This document shows positions 10,420-22,040 of a stretch of DNA of 64,000 nt, piece by piece (the first letter of the stretch is position 1; every line of letters begins with the position of its first letter). The position numbers and the translations under genes were made by a program. The DNA is taken from assembly GCA_964016885.1 (NCBI GenBank), contig OZ024740.1, forward strand, positions 250,852,001 through 250,916,000, in the 5' to 3' direction. This DNA is from Eledone cirrhosa. Its lineage: Eukaryota. Below the pieces are notes generated by a model that searched no databases, was not told where the DNA came from, and saw nothing but the letters and a program-made list of their open reading frames with translations.

Positions 10420-13400
10420 CTGGGGGCTAAGCCTGGTGCCTTATGTCACTAAGAGAAGGAGATGGCAGTCGCAAGGGCCATGGTGACAAGAAGCGCCAAT
10501 AGAGTCTCCCTGAAACCTCCACCCGATTTTTTCAAGGACCAACAGCTACGGACGGTGACTTACCGCACCGTAAGCAAAATGCCACGGAGCCTCAAATCCA
10601 AAAGACCTTGGGGTGCGTCTAGGCACGCAAAAACCCACATCACTAGAGGCAGAAAGTACGCCACAGTAGACGTACTTTTCGCCAACCCCCAAGAAGCGAA
10701 GTCTCACTCTTTGGAAACTCTAAAGAGTAAGGAGATAGTCTTGGTGCCCTCCTACTGCGGGCAGAAAATTGTGAGGGTTAAAGTGACCCAGGTCCCACCC
10801 GACGTGCCCATACATTGGCTGGCCGCGTCTGTCCTTGCTGGAATCGAGGACTGGACGACCATGCTGCAAGTAGAGAAAATAGGGAGAGAGAAATGCTTAT
10901 ACAAACTGACCAGGAATGTATCGACGCTATCCCCGATATCATAGACGTCGAGGAAGGACTCCAACTCCCTATAAGCGTAGAAGGAAGACGGCCAAAATGT
11001 TATCTCTGTCGGTCAAAGGGTCACCTCAGGGCCTTTTGCCCGCAGAAGACAGCGAAGAAGAAGGCCCCTCTCCTTCGGTGAGTAGGAGGGCAACGTCCGT
11101 GACACCCGTACCAAGGCCACGGACAACTAAAGCAGCAGCATCAGTGGCGGCAACACCAGTAGCTACTACATTTGCAGTAGCTGCACCAGCAACAAAATTG
11201 CCGGAGAGGGCTCTACTACCACCACCAACAGCCGTGGAGCACATACCCATCCCAGACGCCACGGAATCCGACATGGAGTTTGAGGCGGGAGAGTAGTGGA
11301 AAACGGTCTGCCACAAAAACAAAAAACAAAAAAACTCTTAGCTTCGCCCTCCAAAAGCGAAGGCACACAAAGAGGGGTAAAGGCAGCAAGGAAACTTGCA
11401 CTAACACCACCACTATCACCATCACCACCACAAGCACCACCGCCAACATTACCAAAAACACCAACAGCGCAAACAAAACAAAACACACACACCAAACAGC
11501 AACAAAATCACCCCTCCCCGCAAAAGTACACAGCCATAAACATGACAAAAAAAGAACTCATACAACATATAAAGCAGCACACAGACATCACAGAAAAAAA
11601 CTACTACACCCCACCAACACCAAGAACTCTCCCGACAAACATAAGCATCATTGAAATATCAATAGAACAGTACACACTTTTAAAACAAAAATTCCCCAAC
11701 GCAGTTGGAGACTTCAGAGGGTCGGTTACCAAGAGGATATACACTGACATCCTCTTGGAAACACCAATGACCAGCCAAAGGGACGGTTCTACTGTCCCTT
11801 CACCACACTATCAAGGTAAGTGACCCTTTCTCACTTGCCCCGTTTCTCATCCAATATGGCCGTACTCAGAATAGGCAGTATAAATGCACGTGGCCTGGGG
11901 TGTTCTTGGAAGCAGGGTCACCTGCTCAACGACCTCAGGTCACTAAACATAGATGTGGTGGCCATCAGCGAGACCAGAATCTCCGAAGCACAAGCCTTCG
12001 CACCGATCTTCGGCGGCTACGATGTATACGCATCTCCCAGCCGTCCCGGATCGGGGGAGGGGGGGGGGGGCGTCCTTTTTCGGAGAGGCTTGGATCTCGC
12101 CATACGGGCCATCTTCCTAGACCCAGAAGGTAAGTCGGTGGTGCTGGACGTGACCGGCACCGAAGACAACGCTTTCAGGCTAGTAGCCGCCTATGCCCCG
12201 GCAGGGACAGGACGGCCAGATTTCTTTAGACATCTAGAGACCTTTCTTGGAACGTCCCGCTCTTTAGTGTTAGTGGGCGACTGGAACGGTATCTTGCATG
12301 CACGCTGGGATTGTGTGAGGCTAGTGTATAGGGGAGGAGGGTGCAAGAGGCTCACTAACCTGCTCAGACGTTTTGAACTGTCTGACAGGTATCGACTGGA
12401 TCACCCGAATGTGCCAATGTGGTCATTGACAAACCGCATCGGGTCATCCAGATCGTATCTCGATAGGGTATTCTGCAGGGAACTAGATAAGGCTAGTATA
12501 AGTTGTCCACAATTTAAAATAGTCGACTACACAGACCACAAATTTGTGATCTGTGAGATCGACATAGACAGACTTCATACACCAGAGCCCGGTTACTGGA
12601 AGCTGAACGCGTCTTTCCCGGCGCGCAAAGCCTAGAGAGACCGGATTGGCGTATTAGTTAAGCGGGCGTTGACGGGAGCGGTCGACAACAACAGATGGTG
12701 GTTCGCCCTGAAAAGGGCAATTAAAGTAAAGTCGATTAGGTTTAGCAAAGGACTTAGTGATAGAGGAAAATAGAGTAGAGGGAGAGCTAGTCAGAAAGCT
12801 AGAAGATGCGTTTAGGACAGGCACCGCAACCGACGTGCTTGCGGCGAGATTGGCACTCGACCAATTCTTCAACGCAAAACACGAAGGCTGCGTTGTCAGA
12901 GCTAGAGCGCGTGCTCTGAAACACGAGGGGACCAAAAGCCGTCCAATGGGCACGGGTGGCAGAGGCCCGACGTGGCAACAAAACCACAATTCGGTCTTTA
13001 TCTGACCAAAACGGGCGCGTGTTGCTCGAATCCGAGCAGATGTGTGAAGCTTATCAGCAGCACTCTGCTGAACTGTTCGGGAGCAGCAGCGGGCCGGATC
13101 GGGGTATGGACTTCAGTGCATACCTCGACGGACTGCTTCGACCCTCGACGACCGCAGTACAGTGTTGCGAAAAGCCAATAACAGCCGGTGAAATACGGGA
13201 AGCGATGGCTAACTGCAAGAGGGGTAAATCGCCAGGTTTAGATGGTCTGCCCTACGAGATTTATGCATTTATGCCAGACTTGTTCGGTGACCTCTTGGCA
13301 GACGTCTACTGCAAGTGGCAGCAGAACGGGAGCATTCCCAGTTTTGTGAGCTGGGGAGCGGTGGCGCTGCTGAGAAAAGACCCAAACAAGGGGATGTTAT

Positions 13401-15470
13401 CGATAACTTCAGGCCCATAACCCTGCTAAACGCAGAGTTCAAGATTTCGGCCAAGGTGTTAGCAACGAGGTTGGCGCTTGTCGTCAAGGGTTGGTGGGGG
13501 AGGCGCAGACATGCGCCATTCCGGACAGATCCATAACAGACAACCTCTACCTCATGCGATACATCATAGAGAGGGTGGTTAAAAACCTGGCACGAGTGGG
13601 GCCCTGATCAACTTGGATGAATCCAAAGCATTCGATAGGTTCGACCATCGGTACCTGGCGGCGGTCCTCGAGGCAGCCGGTTTCGGGCCTGTTTTCTGGG
13701 GTTGGATCGCTGCGATGTACAGCGACATCTGCTCAGTTGTGACGGTGAACGGTCTCCTGTTGCAGCCGTTCAGCATCATGCGCTCGGTCCGCCAGGGTTG
13801 TCCACTCTCGTCCCTCTTGTACGTATTGTCTCTCATGCCGTTACTGCAAAAAACTGGGGGAGATGAGGGGCGTCCCAACTGAACTAGGATGCGGGAAATC
13901 CGAATCGGCTTACGCCGACGACGTCACCGTGGTGGTGTCGAGCATCAGACGCGTCCAGATGCTTGGCACCGCTCTCAAGGAATACGAAGCGGTGACAGGA
14001 GCAAAGATAAACCAGGAAAAGTCGATGGGCTTGCAGCTGGGCACCTGGAGAGGCAAGTCCATGTCGTCCAACAGCGTCGTAGAGCGTTGGACTGGAGCGA
14101 GGTGACGAGAAATGGGCCGAGGGGAAGCTGTCCCTGAAAGGCCGGGTGGAGGTGGCGAATGCATACATCGCATCCGTCATCTGCTACCGCCTCACCGTCG
14201 CCCCTTGCCCCGGCCCAACTCTCACCAAAATTGAGCGCCTCTTCTTCCGGTTTTTGTGGAATGGACGCGCTCCCATGGTCAGACGATCCATCTGCTGTTT
14301 ACACCCGTTGCGTGGAGGACTGGACATGCCATCGTTGATGATGCGCAAACATGCGCTGAGGCTGCGACATCTCTGGTGCTTCCTTGACGGTGAACAGGTG
14401 TGGTCGCCGTTCGCCAGGCACGTTTTCCCACAGCTCGTCTCCTTGACGGAGCTGCAGTCCTGGGATAATGGGATAGACCGAGGTATAGTTCTTGGAAACT
14501 GGAATGTCTCCAGGCGCTCACCGCCCTCTGTCAGCTGGGCACCAGTATCGGTAGAACATCCACCTCGGCGTTCTATAGAGGACTAGTGGGGGGGCGACGA
14601 CGTTCTCGGAGAGATCCTGGGCGTCGAAGCAGATTAGCTCTTTGCTCTCTTCCGGAGAACTTTCAGCCCAGGGCCTATGGATAACTTCCCAAAATCCCTG
14701 GCCTGGGAGCGCTGCTGGTTCGAGATAAGCTCTACAGGCACGGAAGTGCCGTCAACCGAGCCTGTCCAAGATGCGCGCAGAGCGACGAAACCGTCGTGCA
14801 GGCACTCATTCAGTGCCCGAGCATTGCTGACTTGTGGAGCTATGTCGAACAGTTACTGTCGCGTGTAGGACTGATCCGGTTATCCACTGAGTCCATTGTG
14901 CAGATGGTCTCGCCGTCTTCCTTCCAGGAGGAAGGGCAGGCGGTTTTCATCTGCCTGGTGGCCATGGTGAAAGAGATTGTGTGGTGGACAAGGTTGAAAG
15001 GGTCAAAGACAGATACTTTCCTCTTCGGAGAATCCCTAATTAACTTTTTCAAGTTTCACTTGAAGAGGAAAATCAGGGTGGAGAGGCAAGTGCTGCCTTC
15101 TAGCAAGTTTGTTGAAAGGTGGGTGAATGTAGCGAGAATGGTCCGAGTGAACGGGACCGCTCTGAATATACGTCTGTAGTTTGAGAAATGGAAAAATTGA
15201 GAGAGGGTGCTTGCTCTGGTGGTCTGGGTGGCCGTGGTCTTTTGTGTGGTTTTCGCCACTAGTAACCCTCGCAGGTTTCCCCCATATTGGGGAATTTTTC
15301 ATTGTTTCAATTTTCATTTTTATTGTTTATATATATATGTTTCTATGTGTTTTTTTCTTTTCTTATATAAATAATAAAAATATTTACACGCAAAAAACCC
15401 ACATCGTACCGTCCTGTGCCATCTGTAATGTTTTTCTTGATGTCAGCCCTTGTGGCCAATAAATAAATCA
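10420..15470 (+). mobile_element. Tx1 copy B (divergent ORF1), degraded ORF1 + ORF2
   Basis: ORF1 with knuckle RRPKCYLCRSKGHLRAFCP; APE at 11820-12635; RT fragments with QGCPLS and YADD; zinc finger; 3' end AATAAATAAATCA then (TTA)n. Confidence 0.9.
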
Positions 15471-15599
15471 TTATTATTATTATTATTATTACTATTATTA
15501 CTATGTAGTGTGCATATTGGTATTATACGCAAATATATATGCATATAGATATATATAAATTGAAAAGTAAATTGACAATATCCTCTTCTTCGCCCACTT

Positions 15600-16115
15600 A
15601 TTTCTGAAGAGTCCTTCTCAAACACTCCTTCCAGCGAGTCTGTCACAAGCAAACATCTCTAACTGATCCAGCTGTATCTCAAAGCGTGACCAGCGAAGCT
15701 CATCGATATTATCCAACTATCTTGCTCAGGGTCTACCTCTGTAAAATCTGTGCAACGATTCTTTACTGAGACATTCTAACCACATGCTCATAATATCGGA
15801 GTTGTGATCTCTCAGTTAGGAGAAGTAGCGGCTCTACCAGGAGTGACTCTCTGGTCTCTGAGTTATGCACTTTATCGAGTAACGTTACTCCAAAGACCCT
15901 TCGGAGGAACACCATTTCTGCCGCTTTTATTTGCAATTGTATTTTTTTGGTCATTACCCAAGATTCATGATCCTCAGTAAGAGTTGGCAGGAATACCAGG
16001 AAGACAGCGAGTTTGGCTTTTACACCTACCCCTCTTCTTCTGATTGCTGAATGCTGAGGCTGGCGAATTACTGCATCAGCTTTTGCAATTCTTGCACTTA
16101 ATTCAGCCTCCTGCA
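15600..16115 (-). mobile_element. RTE-clade LINE 3' fragment
   Basis: ESWVMTKK...IKAAEMVFLRRVFGVTLLDKVHNSETRESL...SQLRYYEHVVRM, typical of an RTE ORF C-terminus. Confidence 0.8.
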
Positions 16116-16374
16116 TTCATGAACACGGCCCTCGAGATACTTGAACTCCTGTAACTGCCTCAGTAGAACTCCATTCACATGTATATAAATTTGAGGGACT
16201 TCTGTCCACGCATCTGTCGCACAATGTGTGTGTTTGTGTGAATGTATGTGTGTGTAAAAGGAAGGAAAGGGATACACACATATATGTCTCTAACTTAAAA
16301 ACAGTGACACATACACATACATACGTCTCAAAATTAAGAACGCCAATAAACTCACGCGCGCGCACATACATACT

Positions 16375-16833
16375 GTCCTATTACCACTTCAGAGCTTTGA
16401 CCCAGACAAACATCTCCTCAATTTTGGAACCGTCTGGGTTGTCCAGAATTGGTGGGAAAAGAATTGACGGTCTTACTCTGTGCTCCTGGTCAAGAGGCAG
16501 GTGCCTTATCTGGGACGTCACAGTTAGTGACTCTTTTTCTTCTTCCCACATCCTGGACGCAGTGGTAAGGGCGATAACTACAGCATCCGCAGCTGAACGG
16601 AACAAAATCCTAAAATACCGTGTTCTGTCAGCTAACTACATTATCCAGCCTATGTGGTCTTAGATGTGTGCATTACCTGCTTGTGTATTTTTCGCTTTCT
16701 TTTTTTCCTTTCCCCTTCCTTTGTATATATTATATTTCTTTGTGTGTTCGTTGTGTAATCATTATATTACATTTTTATACAAATGAGTTTTTTTTTAAAT
16801 AGTTAAACTGTGTCGTTAATAAATAAATAAAAA
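16375..16833 (+). mobile_element. CRE-like RLE LINE 3' fragment
   Basis: EPSGLSRIGGKRIDGLTLCSWSRGRCLIWDVTVSD...KILKY resembles the RPDG...WDVT RLE motif; an A-rich tail follows. Confidence 0.7.
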
Positions 16834-16945
16834 GTTGGAGGGAATATTAATCAAAAGTACCACATGAAAGTCTACACTGTAGACTCTACAGTTTTTAAGC
16901 CAAGAAAGGAACTTAACATTGTAACTTTAACACAGCTACTGAACA

Positions 16946-16976
16946 GCCCCGAGCAACGCAGGGCTTTACTGTTAGT
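16946..16976 (+). mobile_element. Possible Helitron-type 3' terminus
   Basis: GC hairpin GCCCC-GAGCAACGCA-GGGC followed about 7 nt later by TTAGT (CTAG-like). Confidence 0.35.
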
Positions 16977-17159
16977 AAATAAATAAAAAGTTGTACTTCA
17001 TTTTATTCTCGAACGCTGCTATCATGACTATGTGTGTGTTTGTGTAAATGTATGTGTGAATGTGTGTTTGTGTAAATGTATATGTGTGAATGTATGTATT
17101 TGTGTGAAAGTATGTGTATTTGTGTGAATGTATGTCCGTGAGCGTGTATTTTTGTAAGT

Positions 17160-17627
17160 TTGTACCATGAGGTGGCTTTCCCTATCTTATGTTTAGTCCT
17201 ACCTAAGCTATTCCATGATTTGCTCCTGTATAATGGGCAAATTCTTTTCATGTCCAGTTCTAAAGGAATTTGCCCATTATACAGGAGCAAATCATGGAAT
17301 AGCTTAGGTAGGACTAAACATAGGATAAGGAAAGCCACCTCATGGTACGATAACCAGAGATACCAGAGTGTCATGTTCGTGGATGCTCCCCCTGGGGGGA
17401 AATTAGCTAACCAATGTAGAAAAGCCCTAAGAAAGACCCACTTAAAGATTAAAGTGGTAGAAAAGCCAGGAACTACCATAAAATCCCTGATCAGCAAAAC
17501 ATACTCCTTTAAGAAAACCCACTGTACTTATAAGAAATGTGTTATATGTAAAGTGAACCTCCAGATAAACTGTAAAACTAGAAATGTAGTCTATAGCATA
17601 AGATGTACAGAGGGTACTTCCAGTTAG
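17160..17627 (+). mobile_element. Penelope-like element fragment (pre-GIY-YIG region) with a 5' fold-back
   Basis: SVMFVDAPPGGKLA...KVVEKPG...C...CVIC...NCKTRNVVYSIRC; the first ~85 bp are an inverted copy of 17265-17348. Confidence 0.7.
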
Positions 17628-17982
17628 AGGTTATGAATACTTCGTATTATGGATGGTTTTAGCGTACGGCGTTGTTTGACTCAGCAAGAGGTTTACGTAG
17701 GTGGCGAGTTTATGAGTTATCTTGTATTTATGAGTTCTCTTGTATTTCTATTTATCTCCGATGATCTGGTTAAGCTAACAACGTATTTAAAATTGAGTGG
17801 CACTGCTTCAAGTGTTCAGCAATTTTTAGACAACTTAATCAGTGAAAAAATTGTCAGACTGTAAATAAAACCCTTTTTTGTACTGTTGACCATGTTATTC
17901 TTCACTCTTTATATATATTTATATATATAACGGCGATGAATTAGTTTTGCGAGGTTTTTGATATGAAATCGTGTCGAAACAA

Positions 17983-18464
17983 ATATTGTTATACTTGGGG
18001 AGGGTCATATTTGTGTAATATTGCCAGAATTAATAACAGAACACACTCACTGTTTGGTTGGTTTTCGCTTTTCGCTTCTGTGTCTTTTATATCGGTAATC
18101 TAATTTATTCGGTCCTCAATGTGGCCATTGACTGACCAACGGTCAAAAATACAGATACAATATAGACACAAACACATATATATAGTTTATCAAAGTTCTT
18201 TCGTTGCACATCTGAAACAATAGCACCACTGACGATGTTGCAGATGTGCAACGAAAGAACTTTGATAAGCTATATATATTTGTTTGTGTCTATATTGTAT
18301 CTGTATTTTTGACCGTTGGTCAGTCAATGGCAACATTGAGGACCGAATAAATTAGATTACCGATATAAAAGACACAGAAGCGAAAAGCGAAAACCAACCA
18401 AACAGTGAGTGTGTTCTGTTATTAATTCTGGCAATATTACACAAATATGACCCTCCCCAAGTAT

Positions 18465-18472
<8 letters not shown>
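17983..18472. repeat. Near-perfect palindrome (arms ~237 bp, spacer ~16 nt), Penelope pseudo-LTR-like
   Basis: 17983-18219 is the reverse complement of 18236-18472 with few mismatches. Confidence 0.93.
18225..18266 (+). ncRNA. Minimal type I hammerhead-like motif (stem I imperfect)
   Basis: acca-CTGACGA-t-gttgca/gatg/tgcaac-GAAA-gaac-T-T-tgat. Confidence 0.6.
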
Positions 18473-18514
<42 letters not shown>

Positions 18515-18863
18515 CACATAATCACTCTATCTATCTGTATCTCTCTCATCACACACTCTCTCTTTCTAGCTCTATCTATATATATGGTAGTTGAAGTGGT
18601 GGTGGTGGCGATATACAGGTAGTGAAGAAATTTGAAACTTTTAAAAGAAGTCAATTTTAAATAAGGAATAAAATTATTCATATTTAATCAAGAGTTACGA
18701 AATTTAGTACATAAATTATGTAATATTCATTCATTATTTATTCAAAGTAGAACAATTATTTATTCAAAGTAATCCAATTTATTTTGCAAACAGGATAAAA
18801 AGATATATTCTGGATGCAGTTCCGCACTCCTCCCTTTATTATAGTATAGATTATTATTATTAT

Positions 18864-21800
18864 TGGCTGTTAGACAGTGTAGACGTCTTTTTAGAGCTCC
18901 GCAAAAGTGGTAAATTTTCTGTTTATTTACATTTATAATAATGTTGTATTCTTTGAAAAGGGTCGTAAGACTTCCGTCTTTGGCCTGTGAAGGGGTGACT
19001 GTCTAATATTTGGGCATTTTGGCTCAAATATTTGAACTTTATGAAAAAAAAAATTCTCGAATAAAAAAAAAATGGCTGAGCCACGCCCCTCATCTTTAAG
19101 TCAGCTGTCGTGTGACAGCGGGTTAGACGTTGAGAGGAGGGATACGGCAAATACAATAATTTATACTACAAACACATTTAGCAACACCCCCACAAACAAC
19201 ATGAACAACTACAGCAACAACAACAGTAGTGAGAAAAATAACCTTTAAAAAAACGACAACACAAACCACAGCAGTAACAGCGACAACCAAAATAATGATT
19301 TCTAGTATAGGCATAAAGCAAGTAATTTGGGGGAAGAGGAAAGTCGATTAAATCGACCCCAGTACGTTACTGGTACTTTACTTTACCCACCCCCGTAAGG
19401 ATGAAAGGCAAAGTTAACCTCGGTGGGATTTAAACTCAGACCGTAAAGGGCCGTAACTCTATGCTGCAAAGCATGGTGTCCGACTCTCTACTGATACTGC
19501 CAATCCACCGACAACAGAAAATAATGACAACAAAAACAACAACGAAATTAATACCACTAAAAAGAACATAAACAGCGACAGCACCAACAGCAACAATACC
19601 AACTGCACCGAGAACAACAACAACACCAACAAGAACAACGACGACACTAACAACAAAGGCAACACTAACAACAACGACAACACCAATAATAACAACAACA
19701 AGAACGACAACACCAACAACAATATAGTCAACGAAAAACAGCAAAACAGCAACAACAAAAAGAACAACAGCATCAACAAAAAGAGTACTTTCGCGGCCAC
19801 AGTAGCAAAGAGTCAAACGCTGAACGATTTCGACCTAAGAGAGAAAAAAGAACGTTTGGCCCCGACGGAAAAATTTATAACAAGAGAGAAAAGCTGGACC
19901 AATTTAAATGCCAGAGGTAATGGCAGCAAAGGAGAAGAGGACTTTAAAATATCGATGCATTTCGGTCAAATCTCGAAACGCCGAGAATGCTTCCGAAGGA
20001 CAGGTAGAGGCAGCGCTGAAATGCATCGATAATGATCACATAGGGCCAAACAATTTGGGAGCATCTTGGTGCTTTTCAAAACTGATGCCCTTGCTATAAA
20101 GCATTCTGTGGTCTCCTGCAAAACGGACCAAATCATTTTGACCCCGTCCTACATGGGGAGAACAGTAAGGGTCCGTGTTCCCAGGATTCCACTTGGACTG
20201 GATTTATGGTGGCTCCTGGGATGCGTGTAGGTAGAGGGCACTGACACCCTCCTCGACGATAAATTTACAAAGAGAGAGAGGTGGTCGGGGACTGGTTTGG
20301 AGCTAGTAGCTAAGTTAGACGAGGCTATTTGATGTGGCATTGCAACTGACGTGCTAGCGGCGAGAATGACATTAGACCATTTCTTCAATGAGAAACACGA
20401 AGGTTGCATTGTCAGAGCTAAGGCGCGTGCTCTGAGAAACGAAGGAACCAAAGCTGTTCGATGGGCCCGCGTGGCAGAGGCGCAGCGTGGTAACAAAACC
20501 ACAATTCGGTTTTTGACGGACCGAGACGGACACGATCTGAGCGATTCCCGGCGGATGTGTGAGGCTTTTCGCCAGCATTTTGCTTTGTTGTTCGGGGGGG
20601 AAATGCCGGGTCAGAGACGGTGGTGGACTTCAGTCCCTACCTCGATGGCTTGCCGCAACTCTCGATGGCCGACGCTGAGCGCTGCGAAAGGCTGATATCT
20701 TTAGCCCAAATTCAGGATGTCCTTGTCGGCTGCACGAGGCATAAGTCACCCGGTTTGGATGGAGAGCTTTACGTAAATATGCTAGACTTGTTCTCCGATA
20801 TCCTCGAAGCGCTCTACTGCAACTGGCAGCAGAACGGGAGTATTCCCAGTTCTGTGAGCCGGGGAGTAGTAATACTGATGAGGAAAGACGAGAACAAGAG
20901 GGACACATTAGATAATTTCATGCCCATAACTCGGCTCAACACGGAGTTTAAGATGTTGGCCAAGGTCTTAGCGAAGAAGCTGGCGCTTCTCGTCGAGGAT
21001 TGGGGAGGCGCAAACTAGTGCAATCCCGACCAGGTCCATACACGACAATCTCCACCTCATGCAATACATCATTGGGAGGGTAGGGTGTAAACCTGGGAAC
21101 TGGTAAAGTTGTTCGGGGTTTAGTTCGGGCCAGACTTCCAGGTGGATAAGAATTGGGACGAGGTGATGGGGAGGGTAGCCAGTTTCACCCAGAAAGGGGC
21201 TGTGAGGAAGCTATCACTGAAAGGTCGGGCGGATGTGGTGAACGCGTACATCGCGCCCGTCATCTACTACTGCCTGACCGTCATCCCTTGCCTCCGTCCG
21301 CGCCTCGCCAACTTGGAACAGCTCCTCTTCAAATTCTTATGGAGAGGACAGGTTCCGTTGGTGAGGTGGTCCATCTGCTGCCACCACTCTCTACGTGGAA
21401 GACTGGGAATGCCGTGGCTAATGATGCGCAGACATGCGCTGACGCTGCGGCATCTCCAGATACTCTGCTTAAACGGTGGACAGGTGTGGTCGCCGTTTGT
21501 CAGACGGAGGTTTCCGCAGCTCGTCTCTTTGATTGAGCTGCAGTCCTGGGTTAAGAAGAGACCAAGACTGTATGACTGGCATCTGGAATGTTACCAGGTA
21601 GTCACTGTCCTCTAACAGGCGGGCAATGGGGTCAGTGGAACTTCCACTCTCGAGTTCTATAGAGAATTAGTCGTGGGCAAGTGCGACGACACACGCGGAG
21701 AGGCTCTGGGCGTCGACGAAGTCGAACTAACCAGTCTGTTCCAAAGGACTTTCGAGCCGGGGACCATGGATAACTTCCAAAAATCCCTCGCTTGGCAGTG

Positions 21801-22040
21801 CTACCGGGGGGGGGGGGGACACTGCCAGTTCGAGATAAACTCTACAGGCACGGAAGTGCTGTAGACGGACCCGCCTGAGTGCAGAACGACGAAACCGTAC
21901 TGCATGCACTCGTCCAGTGTCCGTGCATTACTGACTTATGGAGTTATGTGGAGCCGCTGTTGTCACGTGTAGCATGGATCGGGCTACCGGCCGAGTCCAT
22001 AGTGAAGAACGACTCGCCGCCTTCTTTTGGCCAGGAGGGG
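18864..22040 (+). mobile_element. Tx1 copy C (second subfamily): 5' end present, large internal deletions, SINE inserted
   Basis: Begins GGC directly after (TTA)n; low-complexity Thr/Asn-rich ORF1 start; ORF1 remnant at 19908; ORF2 fragments 20351-22030 match copy F. Confidence 0.8.
19341..19504 (-). mobile_element. tRNA-derived SINE
   Basis: Reverse complement of the family consensus (B-box-like GAGTTYAAATCCC, core GCCTTTCATCCTTACGGGG...GTACCAGTA). Confidence 0.8.

Noticed and set aside
16820-16993. 18-bp direct repeat TAAATAAATAAAAAGTTG as a TSD
   Set aside because: Low-complexity A-rich sequence, and Helitron-like ends do not make TSDs; cannot be supported.
19436-19816. Hydrophobic Val/Leu-rich ORFs resembling membrane proteins
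   Set aside because: They are the antisense of the (ACA)-rich low-complexity Tx1 ORF1 start.
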